From: Myxococcales bacterium
GTDB lineage: Bacteria > Myxococcota_A > Polyangia > Palsa-1104
Assembly (NCBI GenBank): GCA_043741435.1
Contig: JAYUBF010000264.1
Location: forward strand, 381 to 64,380
Direction of reading: 5' to 3'
Length of the DNA stretch: 64,000 nt
Positions within the stretch are counted from its first letter, which is position 1; the number at the start of each line of letters is the position of its first letter. Below the pieces are notes generated by a model. It made no database searches. It was not told the DNA's origin and saw only the letters and a program-made list of their open reading frames with translations. This document shows, piece by piece, positions 31,274 through 43,126 of this stretch. The position numbers and the translations under genes are program-made.

Positions 31274-31392
31274 CCTTGCTCGCGCCTCTCACCTTCCGCA
31301 ATGGCCTCACGCCCGAGAATCGCGTCGTGCTGGCAGCGATGGCGAACCACCAGACCCGCGCCGATGGTCGCTGCTCGGAGGAAGAGCACGGA
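31270..31392 (+). pseudogene. NADH:flavin oxidoreductase (OYE) N-terminal relic
   Basis: LLAPLTFRNGL..ENRVVLAAMAN..ADG; GTG overlaps the upstream stop; similarity ends after ~40 aa. Confidence 0.55.
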
Positions 31393-31530
31393 TGCGCCGT
31401 TCCAAGCCTTCCTGGGCGAGCTCCAGCACGAGCGCCACCCTCGACGGCTTCCACTGGCAGCGCGCGAGCGCCTGACCCGGCGCTCGCGGGGAGCGTTGTC
31501 GGCGACGGATCGCCGTGGTACGAGCTCGCA

Positions 31531-32418
31531 ATGCTCGCGCTCCCGTCGAAGCTGCGACGCGTCGGCTCGTGGCTGACCGGCGGGCACCGCTTCACGGCGA
31601 TCGCGATGGCCGTGACGGTGTTGTACTACGTCGTCATCTGGGGGCCGTTCCAAGGCAAGGCGTCCGGCGATGGCTGGTTCGCCTTCCTGTACCTGAAGGC
31701 GATCGTGTTCCACGGGTCGCTCGACATGAAGCTGGTGGCGCCGGACTACCTGCGCTTCTTCGGTGAGAGCGGTCCAGGGCACCACATGCCGAACCGCTGT
31801 CCGGTCGGACCCACGTTCGTCTGGCTACCGTTCTATCTGATCGTGGCGATCCCCGAGCTCATCGGGATCAAGCTCGGCCTCCTCAAGATGACGTCGCACA
31901 GTGGGCAGAGCCCCGTGCACATCTGGGTCGCGGGGATCGGGACGCTCGTGTGCTTGCTCGTCGGCTGGCGCGCGCTGTTACAGCTCTACGCGCGCCACGT
32001 CGAGTCGTCCGCGGCGGAGCTCGGCGCCGCCGTCACAGTGTGGGCCACGCCGATGCTCTGGTACACCGCGCACCAGCCGTTCTACCAGCACGGCATCGCC
32101 TTCTGCATCGTGTCCGTGATGATCGAGTACTGGGACCGCACGAGAGGGCAGAGCCACTTCATGCGCTTCGTGTACCTCGGCGCGCTCGGTGGCTATGGCG
32201 TCAGCGTGCGGGCGCAAGAGCTGGTGTGGCTCGCACCGTTCGCGATCGAGTGCGCGTGGAATGTGCTGCGTGGGCCCAACCGCGGTCGCTGGTGCTACCG
32301 GTGGGGAGCAGGCTCGCGAAGCTCGAGTTCGGATCGCGCGGCGGCTGGTGGTAGCGGCGCCGAGATCCGGGTCAACTGCTGTACGACTCCGGTGATCTGC
32401 ACGCAGTACGTGCTGTAA
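31531..32418 (+). pseudogene. Membrane GT-C-like glycosyltransferase, 3' truncated
   Basis: SGDGWFAFLYL, PVGP..VWLPFY, ATPMLWY; multiple TM helices; degenerates after ~32290. Confidence 0.55.
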
Positions 32419-32429
32419 TTGCACCGGCC

Positions 32430-32565
32430 GCGCGCCCAATCCGTATCCCAAACCGCTGTGCGCCGACCGGGCGCTGCTGCACAAGATCTCGATGGCAATC
32501 GCGAGCGCAGGCATGTTGACCCAGCTGGTGCTTGGCCCGATCTCCGCGTCGCGGTCGGGCATCAC
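32430..32565 (+). repeat. Diverged inverted copy of ~5915-6050 (gene fragment)
   Basis: Translates APNPYPKPLCADRALLHKISMAIASAGMLTQLVLGPISASRSG, versus APNPYPKPLRADRALLHKISMAIATAGMVTQLVLGPISAPRPG at the first locus. Confidence 0.9.
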
Positions 32566-33194
32566 CGACGCCGGTAGGTGGGGTCACTCAGCCTCACCGG
32601 CGCCCCGCGAGGTCGCTAGATACCCAAGATCACGCGGCGAATCAACGTCGGCTCCTGGCCTCGTGGTTGCGTAGCCCAACTCGGTCGCGCATCCACTCTC
32701 ATATTCCTCTCGATGCTCGTCATGTGCCCTGCACGCGGCGAGGCAGGGCGCTTGGCGACGTGGTGGAAAGCCCGCTCGACCGCGCGGACAAAGGCAGGGC
32801 CCGCCGCGCCAGTCGCTGCACCGAGCCCGCCGGTCGTCTCCGCGCCACGGCCGCTGCGCATCTTGTCGACGGTCGAACTGGATCAGCTCGTCGCAACTAC
32901 GCTCGATCTGGCGGTGCGACGCCACGGAAGCCGGGTGGACGCGGACGTCGTCGAGCACGAGACGCGTGCGGCCGTCGATCGGTTGAGCGAGGGTGGCGTT
33001 CGGATTACGACCAATGCCAGTCACTTAGGCGGCGAGTCCCAAGTTATTCCGATCACCTATGGGGCCGGGCTCAAAGAAGGTCCTCTACGTCGGCACCGAC
33101 CGTGACATCGGCACCGTCCCTGGCAATCAGTGAATGGGCAGGGTCTACCAATGCAAAAGCCGACCTTCGATGAAGTGTCCCAGCCCGCAGTTAC

Positions 33195-33875
33195 TTAAAA
33201 GCGCAGCGCGGCGCGCATCGTCGCCGAGCCAAAGGTCGGCAGGCTCGGCGAGAACTCCACCGGGTGCTCACGGGTCAGGCCCACGCCGAGGCCGATGGCG
33301 AGGCCGGCCACCACGACGCCGCCGATCGTAGTCCAAAGCCACCAGCGCTGGTAGAGCGGCTTCGGCTCGCTGTGCTGCTCGGGTACAGACACCGGCGCCG
33401 GTACGAAACCATCGCGCTCCTGCTGCAAGGCACGAGCCCGCGCCTGGTCGATAGCGCTCTCGCTCTCAGTCGCTGGCGTGGCCTGAGCACCGACACGGTC
33501 TGGCTCCGGCTTTTGCGTCTCCACCGACGCGATATAGGCCTTTGCCACATCCGCCCCGTCACCAGAGGTCTCATGCTCGAGGTAGCGCCGGTAGGTCTCC
33601 AGTGCACCGACGCTGTCGCCGAGGCGACGCTGGGCCAGCGCTGCATTGAGGAGGAACTCGGAGATCGGCACGAGCGCAAAGGCGGACAGGTAGGCGTCTC
33701 GAGCACGCACGTAGCTGCCGATGTTGAAACAGCGAGTGCCCTCGCGATAACGCGCACGCGCGCGCTTGTAGTCGGCTGGCGAAGGATCGGCCGCGGCGAT
33801 GTTCGAGATAAAACCGAGCGCGAGCGTAAGATATAGGATCAGGTGGCACGTCTTCATCAGGTGTGTCCTCTTCAT
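33195..33875 (-). CDS. Secreted TPR protein with C-terminal membrane anchor
   Basis: Signal peptide; TPR helices (FLLNAALAQRRLG..ALETYRRYL); PLYQRWWLWT TM tail. Confidence 0.85.
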   Translation of the reverse strand: MKRTHLMKTCHLILYLTLALGFISNIAAADPSPADYKRARARYREGTRCFNIGSYVRARDAYLSAFALVPISEFLLNAALAQRRLGDSVGALETYRRYLEHETSGDGADVAKAYIASVETQKPEPDRVGAQATPATESESAIDQARARALQQERDGFVPAPVSVPEQHSEPKPLYQRWWLWTTIGGVVVAGLAIGLGVGLTREHPVEFSPSLPTFGSATMRAALRF

Positions 33876-33906
33876 CGACGGGCCCGAGCCCTCGCTCAGG
33901 CAGAGC

Positions 33907-35802
33907 TCACGGCGTAATCATGAGAGCCACGCGGTTGCTCACGCTGCCATCGGGGTTTCTGACTCCGAGGTAGAAGGTGCTCCCCGCCGGAACGCCGGTG
34001 AGATCGATGCAGCTTCCCCCGGACGTGGAGCCACTCGACGGGACCCCGGGGGTCACGCTGAGGGCCAGGGCTCCAATGGCAGATCCACCACTTACGGTAT
34101 TGAAAGCCTCCCACACCGCGCCGGTGCAGACACCATTGGCAGAGGCGAGCTGGAAGGCAGGACAGTAAAGCGATCCCGTCGTGGCCGAGGTAGGCGACAC
34201 GCTGAGGAGCTGCGGTGTGGACTTGGTGATGGTCAGCGGCAACGTGCCAGTGGTTTGGATACCGGATCCGTTCGTGACACCCACCCAGAGGTCGTAGGTT
34301 CCGATTAGGACACTGTCGGTGAGGCACACGTTGTTGAAGGAGAGATGCGTGGGGCTATCGTAGGTGAGCGCTGTGCTCGCCATCACCATCGTGCTCGTGT
34401 TCTTCCAGTAGGCGACGGAGGTTGGCCCGAAGTTGGTGCCAGAAAAAGACAAGTTCTGGCAGCCGCAAATCGGGAAGCTCGAGGGCGTGAGCGAAGAGAA
34501 CGTCGGGGCGGTAGAGATGTAGGCGCAGCTGTTGCCGGACTGCTGGTACCCACTGTTGCAGCTTGCAACCATGCAGGCGCCAAAGCCACCACCCGTCCAA
34601 CTTTGAGTGCCGGTGCCGTTGACGATGATGCAGCTGCGCGTGTTGCTGACACATGCGGTACCCTCGACGTGATAGCCGGGGTTGCAACTCGTCGGCGTGC
34701 AGGTCGAGTAGCTCATGCCAGTCCACTGCTGGGTGCCTGTGCCGTTGGGCAGCGTGCAGGCCTTGGTGTCGGTCGTGCATGTACCGGCCTCCGTATGCTG
34801 CCCCATGGGGCAGCCGGTCGTCATGCAGGCACCGAAGCCACTGCCGTTCCAGGTCTGCACGCCGGATCCGCCTGCGATGACACAAGTACGGGTGTCGCTC
34901 TCACAGAGGTTGCCTGCCAAGTGGAAGCCAGGATCGCAGTTGTTTGCTTTGCACAAACCCCATACATTGCCAGCGAAATCCTGGGTTCCGGTGCCGTGCG
35001 CAAGGGTGCAGTCGCGAGTGGTCGCGCCCGGGGCCTTGCATACCCCCTCCTGGCACTCCTCACCCGAACCACACTGTGCTGCCTGGGCGCAGGCTTCGCA
35101 GCGACCGTCGGCGTTGCAGTAGGCCGAGCGGCAGTCTTTGGCGCCGACGCAGAGAGCGCCGTCGAGGCAGCGGGGGCAGCTGCCTCCGCAATCGAGGTCG
35201 GTCTCGTCCCCGTCTTTGAATCCGTTGCCGCAGGCAGCAGGGGAACATTGACCGCGCACACAGCTGCCCGCTGCGCAGTCGCCGGGCGTGACACACGAGG
35301 CGCCGAGTGCGCACCGCTGCGTGCAACTCCCCCCACAGTCCACGTCGCCCTCGCCATGATCTCTGATCTCGTCCTCGCACAGCGCCGGCACGTCGAGCTG
35401 GATGAGCACGGTCGCGCCATGGCCACGCAGAAGTGGAACTTCGGCCTTTCCGATGGCGAGCGGTCGATGCTTGGCATCGCGCGCGATTGCGCGGACGCCA
35501 AGGCTGCCCTGTGCATCGCCCCGCGGGAGGAAAACAACACGTTCCGTGCCATCAGCAAATAGGGATCCCGCGCCGTCTACGCGCGAGCCGTAGCTCTGAT
35601 GCCCCTCGTCCGCACCCGTGATGAAGACCTCGAGCAAGGCCACCCCGGTGAGCGCGCCCGCCGCTATATTCGCCGAGGGCGATAGGGTGAGGCGCACGGC
35701 TGCGTCGTCGGAGGATCCACAGCCGCATAGGAGTGCGCAAACACCAATGGCGATCACGAGGGAGCTCGAGCGCGGGTACATCATCGTCCTCCTGGGGTTC
35801 AT
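33907..35802 (-). CDS. Cys-rich repeat lipoprotein with C-terminal Ig/IPT-like domains
   Basis: Lipobox LCGC; two DxDCGG modules; four 42-aa Cys repeats; APTFSSLTP and PQLLSVSP IPT-like starts. Confidence 0.85.
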   Translation of the reverse strand: MNPRRTMMYPRSSSLVIAIGVCALLCGCGSSDDAAVRLTLSPSANIAAGALTGVALLEVFITGADEGHQSYGSRVDGAGSLFADGTERVVFLPRGDAQGSLGVRAIARDAKHRPLAIGKAEVPLLRGHGATVLIQLDVPALCEDEIRDHGEGDVDCGGSCTQRCALGASCVTPGDCAAGSCVRGQCSPAACGNGFKDGDETDLDCGGSCPRCLDGALCVGAKDCRSAYCNADGRCEACAQAAQCGSGEECQEGVCKAPGATTRDCTLAHGTGTQDFAGNVWGLCKANNCDPGFHLAGNLCESDTRTCVIAGGSGVQTWNGSGFGACMTTGCPMGQHTEAGTCTTDTKACTLPNGTGTQQWTGMSYSTCTPTSCNPGYHVEGTACVSNTRSCIIVNGTGTQSWTGGGFGACMVASCNSGYQQSGNSCAYISTAPTFSSLTPSSFPICGCQNLSFSGTNFGPTSVAYWKNTSTMVMASTALTYDSPTHLSFNNVCLTDSVLIGTYDLWVGVTNGSGIQTTGTLPLTITKSTPQLLSVSPTSATTGSLYCPAFQLASANGVCTGAVWEAFNTVSGGSAIGALALSVTPGVPSSGSTSGGSCIDLTGVPAGSTFYLGVRNPDGSVSNRVALMITP

Positions 35803-35956
35803 CTCGATGTCTTCTTACGCGAGGTCTGCGTCGACCTTCTCGCACGCAGAGCGCACACGCTTCTTACAAAATCGTCAAACGATAGTTCATGATTACGAGA
35901 TCCCGTCGATCCAACAATCGGCCGGCTTCGATCAATTTTCTGATTCCGAGGGCCCT

Positions 35957-37945
35957 TCAGTATTCCGAAAGCCCCCAGTTCGTCGTGGCATAGGCCGGCA
36001 GCGTGGGGGCTCTCAGCGCCTGCGTGGCGTGCCAGTAGTCGATCGCGGGCTCTTTGCCAATTAGCTCGGTCGTACACGGCGCGCCGGTGGGCGTGGCAGC
36101 CGCTGGGATGTCGACGATGCTAGCGTCCGCCCGGACCAAGCGTGCGCTCCATATATACTTGCCGAGAGGCACGTCGAGCGGCAGATCCACCCAGTGCGTC
36201 TCGGTCATCGTCGATGGGATGACCGCGCTGAGCGAGCCCACGACCGCACCCGTAGGCTGGTAGACGAGCGTCAGCGTGTAACTCGTGCCCGGCTCACCAA
36301 CGACGACGGCAGGGAACGATTGACCCGCAATGGCGTAGTAAGGCAGGTCGACCGCGAACGGATAGCCCGCCGCCGGGCTGAAGACCTCGGTCTCCCCGCT
36401 GACTCGATCGACGCGGTGGAAGCGAATCCCCTTTGTCAGCAGCGTCGGAACGGGGCCAGCGAGGTCAAGGCTGGGTTGCGAGAGCGTGGCGATGATGCCA
36501 TCGAGGACCTTCGCGTGCAGGTCGTACTCCGTCGTCGCCCCACCCAGCTTGGTAAGAACCGCGGCGTGTCCACCGCGCACCAACACCTCGATCTGCGCGG
36601 TTAAACCACGCTCGACGAGCATGCGCCCGAACTGAACCTGGTGTGCGTATGGCACGATGACGTCGTGCTCACCGATACTGAGATACACTTGCGCCCCGCT
36701 CGCGGCGAGGCCGGCGAGGCTAGCCGCGCCTAGGAGGCTGTACTGAGTGTCGGCGACCACAGGGTCGCTCGTTCCGGTGAGCACCTTGAGGTTAGCCTGC
36801 CACCCAGTGAGACCGGTGAGCTCGGGGTGGCCGGCGCAGGCGGGATAGGTCCAACCGGCGCGCCACACGTCTTGTAGGCCAGTCGAAGTGCCCATGACGG
36901 GGAGCAGCCCTGGATACGTCACGCCGGCCAGGCGCATGTGCTCGCCGAGTAGCGTAGGAGGTATTATCGCTACGGTCGCAACCGTTCGATAGGGATGGGC
37001 GCCGGTGTTCGCCGCGATGGAGAGCGCGGTTAGGCCTCCACGCGAGCCCCCTACCGTGACAAGCCACCTCGCGTTGCCATGATAGCGACTGGCCACTGTA
37101 GCGATGACCTGCGCGGCCAGCTCCATCGCGTGCGGGCTCATGGTCCGGCTCGCGTACGCTCCACCCCCGTTCCACAACACACCAATCACGCCGCGCCCGC
37201 CTGCCACACCACTCTTGGCGACGAGGCGTCCAAACTCGGCGCCGTCCTGGCGGAAGACATTGCTGTTGAGATCGTAGGCCCCGTTGAACAGGATCGGATA
37301 TGTCTGCGCTGGCGCGCTCGCATCCCAGTCTGGAGGCAAGAAGACCGTGTACTGCGAATCACCTGCTTGGATCCCATGCACGACCTGGGTGATGCACGCG
37401 CGCGACAGCGGGCCGGAGCCGACCTCAGTGCCATCGGGTCGCGGTGGGGACACGTGGCGAACCGGCACGCCGGTGGTGCTGCACAATGTCTGCGCCCAGC
37501 TCCTGGCTTCGGCGTCAGGGATAGAGACGGAGCTATAGGTATCGGCTATATAGTGATCCACCGTGGGGTAGAGCCCTCGCCGGTAGACCGGGTAGCAGCC
37601 GCCCATAACATAATCTGCGGGCAGCCCGGTCGGGAGCACTAGATCGGCTTCGTCCGTTGCCATGAAGGAAAATCCACCGATCGCGCTGCTGAAGTGACTT
37701 GGCACTGGCAGCTCATGTACTAGGCCTTCACACGCTGGGTTAGTGACCGATTGGCACACGATGGGTTGATAGGCAACCGCACTGTCCGAGCTGCTAGGCT
37801 GCGCCCCATTGCCGCTCGAGTCGTCGAGGTTTGCGTCGGTCTCGGCGTCTGAATTGACCGAGTCCGTGCCTGGTCCCTCGATGCTGTTGACGCAGCCGGC
37901 GACCAAAGAAAAAGCCAGGCAGCGCACAGCTAGGGTTGAAGTCAT
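35957..37945 (-). CDS. Alpha/beta-hydrolase lipoprotein
   Basis: Lipobox VAGC; YTVFLPPDW; nucleophile GGSRGG; GEHDVIVP; GGH. Confidence 0.75.
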   Translation of the reverse strand: MTSTLAVRCLAFSLVAGCVNSIEGPGTDSVNSDAETDANLDDSSGNGAQPSSSDSAVAYQPIVCQSVTNPACEGLVHELPVPSHFSSAIGGFSFMATDEADLVLPTGLPADYVMGGCYPVYRRGLYPTVDHYIADTYSSVSIPDAEARSWAQTLCSTTGVPVRHVSPPRPDGTEVGSGPLSRACITQVVHGIQAGDSQYTVFLPPDWDASAPAQTYPILFNGAYDLNSNVFRQDGAEFGRLVAKSGVAGGRGVIGVLWNGGGAYASRTMSPHAMELAAQVIATVASRYHGNARWLVTVGGSRGGLTALSIAANTGAHPYRTVATVAIIPPTLLGEHMRLAGVTYPGLLPVMGTSTGLQDVWRAGWTYPACAGHPELTGLTGWQANLKVLTGTSDPVVADTQYSLLGAASLAGLAASGAQVYLSIGEHDVIVPYAHQVQFGRMLVERGLTAQIEVLVRGGHAAVLTKLGGATTEYDLHAKVLDGIIATLSQPSLDLAGPVPTLLTKGIRFHRVDRVSGETEVFSPAAGYPFAVDLPYYAIAGQSFPAVVVGEPGTSYTLTLVYQPTGAVVGSLSAVIPSTMTETHWVDLPLDVPLGKYIWSARLVRADASIVDIPAAATPTGAPCTTELIGKEPAIDYWHATQALRAPTLPAYATTNWGLSEY

Positions 37946-38468
37946 CTTGGGTTATTTCCTCGTTAACTTCACAGCCAGGACAAACCCTCACGGGCTGCAG
38001 GCACGGCTCATGTGGTCAGCTGGTCTCGAGTGGCCACGGGATGCTGATCTTGGCCATCCTGTGCGAGTAGGTCATCTCTGGGTTTCTACCTGTTGATAAC
38101 TGCCGCGCTTTCACTAGTATGTAACATTCACGCTAGGTTTTCCAGACCAAAACGCCTGGGTGTTCCTATTGAGTAGGCGTGCTTGGGGATTGACAAAGAT
38201 CTCGTCATCACGATCCATAGAACTACTGCGGGTACGACCTGATGAGCGCTCAGCTCGAGCGTCGAGAGCACCCTCGGCGTCAAAAACGTGAGCGCGATGG
38301 GCACCAGCGCCAGTCGCTTGTACCTCTGATGAGCTCGAGATGGCGACGATGACTGGCATGTGGCAAGGAGGAGCACGATTGCGGTGTGTTTGCTGGAATC
38401 GGATGGGGTCGCCATCGCCCTCGACTACCACGAACTACGTTGACGCACTTCCGGCCCGTGACGCGGCG

Positions 38469-39161
38469 CTACCGCGGCAGATGGCCGAGGAAGATCGTGT
38501 GACGCGGGCCACCACGCTCGAGGCGCCCTCGAGGGTGAGTGGTCTCCACCGCGAACGATGCGTGCCGCAAGCGATGCTGGAACTTCGTATCGTCCCAGGC
38601 CGACCACACCGCGAGGGTGCCACCCGGACGCAAGGCCGCGCGAGCAATCGCGAGCCCACGATCGCCATAGAGTGAATCGTTGCCGATCTGCGTGAACGCC
38701 CTCGGCCCGTTGTCGACGTCGAGGAGGATCGCGTCGAAGCGCCCGACGTGTGACGCGAGGATCTCGCCCACGTCGCCGCACTCGACCACCACGCGCGGGT
38801 CGCGCAGAGGATGATTTGCGAGCGGGCCGAGGGGACCCCGGTTCCATTCGATGACCGCGGGGATGAGCTCGGCGACGACAACGGTGGCGTCGTCGGGCAT
38901 GAGGTCGAGCGTGGCACGCAGCGTGTATCCCATTCCGAGCCCACCCACGATCACGCACGGCGCTTCGATCGACGTCAGGCGTGCGCAGCCATCGGACGCG
39001 AGGGCTTCTTCGGAACCATGCATGCGGCTCGACATGAGCGGCTTGCCATCGGCAAGAATGATGAGCTCACGACCTCGCTCGACCAGCGTGAGGTCGCTGC
39101 CCTCGGGCGTGGTGGTACGACCGAGCAGCTTCCACGGCCGTTCGCCTCGCGTGAGCTTCAC
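38469..39161 (-). CDS. Spermidine-synthase-like SAM-dependent protein
   Basis: LMSSRMHGSEEALA, GGLGMGYTL, FDAILLDVDNGP, GGTLAVWS. Confidence 0.88.
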   Translation of the reverse strand: MKLTRGERPWKLLGRTTTPEGSDLTLVERGRELIILADGKPLMSSRMHGSEEALASDGCARLTSIEAPCVIVGGLGMGYTLRATLDLMPDDATVVVAELIPAVIEWNRGPLGPLANHPLRDPRVVVECGDVGEILASHVGRFDAILLDVDNGPRAFTQIGNDSLYGDRGLAIARAALRPGGTLAVWSAWDDTKFQHRLRHASFAVETTHPRGRLERGGPRHTIFLGHLPR

Positions 39162-39230
39162 CCCGAGAGCATCATGTAAAGCCCCGCGCTTGGCTATCGC
39201 GCGAGCCGAGAACGCGGACACGGTTTGGGA

Positions 39231-39246
39231 TGGCGCCGAACCTGCA
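39231..39246 (+). promoter_or_regulatory. Putative sigma54 promoter
   Basis: TGGCGCCGAACCTGCA (GG-N10-GC); the C is 15 nt before ATG 39260. Confidence 0.5.
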
Positions 39247-39259
39247 ACGAGAGACGTCC

Positions 39260-39958
39260 ATGCTGCGTTCCCTGAAAGACCTCGAGAGCTACACGATCGC
39301 GGCAACCGATGGCGACATCGGCACGGTGGTCGACTTTCTCGTCGACGACGACCGGTGGACCGTGCGCTACCTCGTCGCGAGCACTGGCCACTTCTTCCTC
39401 GGGCGGCGTGTGCTCATCTCCCCGATCTGCTTTCGCCAGGCTGATTGGCCGACGAAAAGCTTTCACGTGCAGCTCACGATGGACAAGGTCAAGCACGCGC
39501 CCGGCATCGACGGCGACCCGTCCGTGTCGCGCCAGTACGAGACCAAGTTGTCCGAGTACTACGCGTACGCGGTGTACTGGACCGATCACGCGGTCGCCAC
39601 CGGCGACAGGCACCTGCGCAGCACGGACGAGGTCCGCGGGTATCGCGTGCAGGGCAGCGACGAGCAGCTCGGCCACGTCGAGGACTTCCTCATCGACGAC
39701 CACGCCTGGGAGGTGAAGTACTTCGTCGTCGACACCAGCTGGCTGTCCGGCGAGCGCGTGCTCGTCGCGCCGCACTGGGCGACCCGCATCAGCGCGTCGG
39801 AGCGCACGGTCTTTCTCAGCGAAACCCGCGACGCGGTCCGCGGCAGCCCTGCGTGGGATCCCCACGCCCCGATCGACAGGGCGTACGAGACGCGCCTGCA
39901 CGAGCACTATGGACGATCAAAACGCGCGAACGTCGATCCCGCAGCGACCCAGTCGTGA
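39260..39958 (+). CDS. Tandem PRC-barrel protein
   Basis: ATDGDIGTVVDFLVDDDRWTVRYLV and GHVEDFLIDDHAWEVKYFVVDT. Confidence 0.9.
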   Translation: MLRSLKDLESYTIAATDGDIGTVVDFLVDDDRWTVRYLVASTGHFFLGRRVLISPICFRQADWPTKSFHVQLTMDKVKHAPGIDGDPSVSRQYETKLSEYYAYAVYWTDHAVATGDRHLRSTDEVRGYRVQGSDEQLGHVEDFLIDDHAWEVKYFVVDTSWLSGERVLVAPHWATRISASERTVFLSETRDAVRGSPAWDPHAPIDRAYETRLHEHYGRSKRANVDPAATQS

Positions 39959-40042
39959 GACCCACGTGGGACAATTTGCCTATCGAGACCGCTTTGCACG
40001 CGCCAGCAGCCAAGGAAGCCCGCACTTCGGACCGCGTTCGGA

Positions 40043-40058
40043 TGGCATCGGGCCTGCA
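40043..40058 (+). promoter_or_regulatory. Putative sigma54 promoter
   Basis: TGGCATCGGGCCTGCA; the C is 14 nt before ATG 40071. Confidence 0.6.
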
Positions 40059-40070
40059 GCGCGCTTCGGC

Positions 40071-40448
40071 ATGAGCAAGCACGTCGCGGTCTTCATCGAC
40101 CACCGAGAAGCGCATGTGTTCCAGATCGACTCCGCCGAGATCGAGCAGACGACTGTCCGATCGCCGGCGCACGTGCACCGAAAGCACCCTACCCAAGCGC
40201 AGGGCGCCAAGGAGCACCCGGACGACGCCAAGCGCTTCTTCCACGAGCTCTGTCACTTGCTCGAGCCGGCCGAGCAGGTGCTCATCGTGGGGCCATCGAC
40301 GGCGAAGCTGGACCTCGTGCGTTACATCCACACCCACGCGCACACGCTCGAGCCCCGCATCGCAGGCATCGAGACCGTGGATCATCCCACCGATGGGCAG
40401 CTGGTCGCGTATGCAAAGCAGTACTTTGGTTTACCTGTACGGGCGTAA
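40071..40448 (+). CDS. eRF1-domain-2-like 'translational machinery' protein
   Basis: HVAVFIDHREAHVF, LIVGPSTAK, IETVDHPTDGQLVAYAKQYF. Confidence 0.8.
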   Translation: MSKHVAVFIDHREAHVFQIDSAEIEQTTVRSPAHVHRKHPTQAQGAKEHPDDAKRFFHELCHLLEPAEQVLIVGPSTAKLDLVRYIHTHAHTLEPRIAGIETVDHPTDGQLVAYAKQYFGLPVRA

Positions 40449-40477
40449 ACCCCGAGCAGCCTCACCGGAGATCGCGC

Positions 40478-41537
40478 ATGCTCCACGACTTTATCATCGA
40501 GAATCGAGCCGAGATCATTCGCCGCTGTCGGCTCAAGCTGGCGGCGCGCACCGCTCCGCGGGTGACCGACCGAGAGCTCGATCAGGGCGTCCCGTTATTC
40601 CTCGACCAATTCGTAGAGGTCGTGCGGGCAGCCTCGGGTACCACCGCTGCGATGGCGAACAGTGCTTCGCTTCACGGCGGCACGCTCCTCGGGCAAGGCT
40701 TCTCGGTCGCGCAGGTGGTGCACGACTACGGTGGCATCTGCCAGTCGATCACCGAGCTCGCCATCGAGACGAAGGCCGCGATCAGCGCACTCGAGTTCAA
40801 GACCCTCAACCTGTGCCTCGACGACTCAATCGCAGCGGCGGTGACCGAGTACGCGCGACTCCGTGCCGAAGAAGGCAGCGAGCGAACAGGTCGGCTCGCG
40901 CACGAGCTCAACGGGCTGCTGCAAACGTTGGGGATGGCCTTCGACATGCTCAAGTCGGGCGAGGTGGGGATGGGAGGCAGCACGAGCAAGATCATCGACC
41001 GCAGCCTCATCGGCATGCGCAAGCTGGTCGAGCGGGAGCTCGTGGAGGTGCGCGTCGGCTCCGATGACATCCACGCCCAGGAGGTGGTGCTCCGGGACTT
41101 CATCGAGGAGATCGAGATCACGGCGACGATGGACGCCAGGGCCTGTGGGCTCGGGCTCTCCGTCTCGTCCGTCGACAAGGACGTGACGCTCGTGGCCGAC
41201 CGTCACATCCTCTCGTCGGTGGTGTCGAACCTCCTCAGCAACGCGTTCAAGTTCACCCGTAGCGGCGGGAACGTGGCGCTACGGGTGGAAGCGGCCGATG
41301 CTCGGATCCGCATCGAGGTCGCCGACGAGTGCGGCGGGATCGTGAATGGCGACGCGGAGGCGTTGTTCCGGCCCTACGCGCAGCGGAACGAGAACCAGAC
41401 CGGCATGGGGCTCGGGCTCGCGATCTGCCGAAAGGGCGCGCGCAGCCACGGCGGCGACATCACCGTGCGCAACACCGCTGGGCACGGCTGCGTCTTCGTG
41501 CTCGACTTGCCGCGACAGGGTCCGGTGATTGCCGTGA

Positions 41538-41548
<11 letters not shown>
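40478..41548 (+). CDS. Cytoplasmic sensor histidine kinase
   Basis: LAHEL, NLLSNAFKFT, DECGG, GMGLGLAI; N-terminal HG...VVHDYG helical sensor. Confidence 0.9.
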
Positions 41549-42968
<1,420 letters not shown>

Positions 42969-43126
42969 GTACGTACCCCTCAGGCGACCAGCGGAGTCGA
43001 CCTCCGATCAGGGCACCCGTGAGCTATGCGCCGCACGGCGAGCAAGCACAAGGCGCATTCACGAATACTTCAGCTCGAACCGACAACGGACAGAACCAGC
43101 TGGCCGCCGTGCTCCTCGGGAGTGGC

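Noticed and set aside
32713-33105. 130-aa plus-strand ORF
   Set aside because: No recognisable motif or start signal, and it lies among relics; cannot be supported as a gene.
38239-38270. Hammerhead-like CTGATGAG followed by a hairpin
   Set aside because: The downstream core reads GAGA rather than GAAA, and no stem I/III pairing was found.
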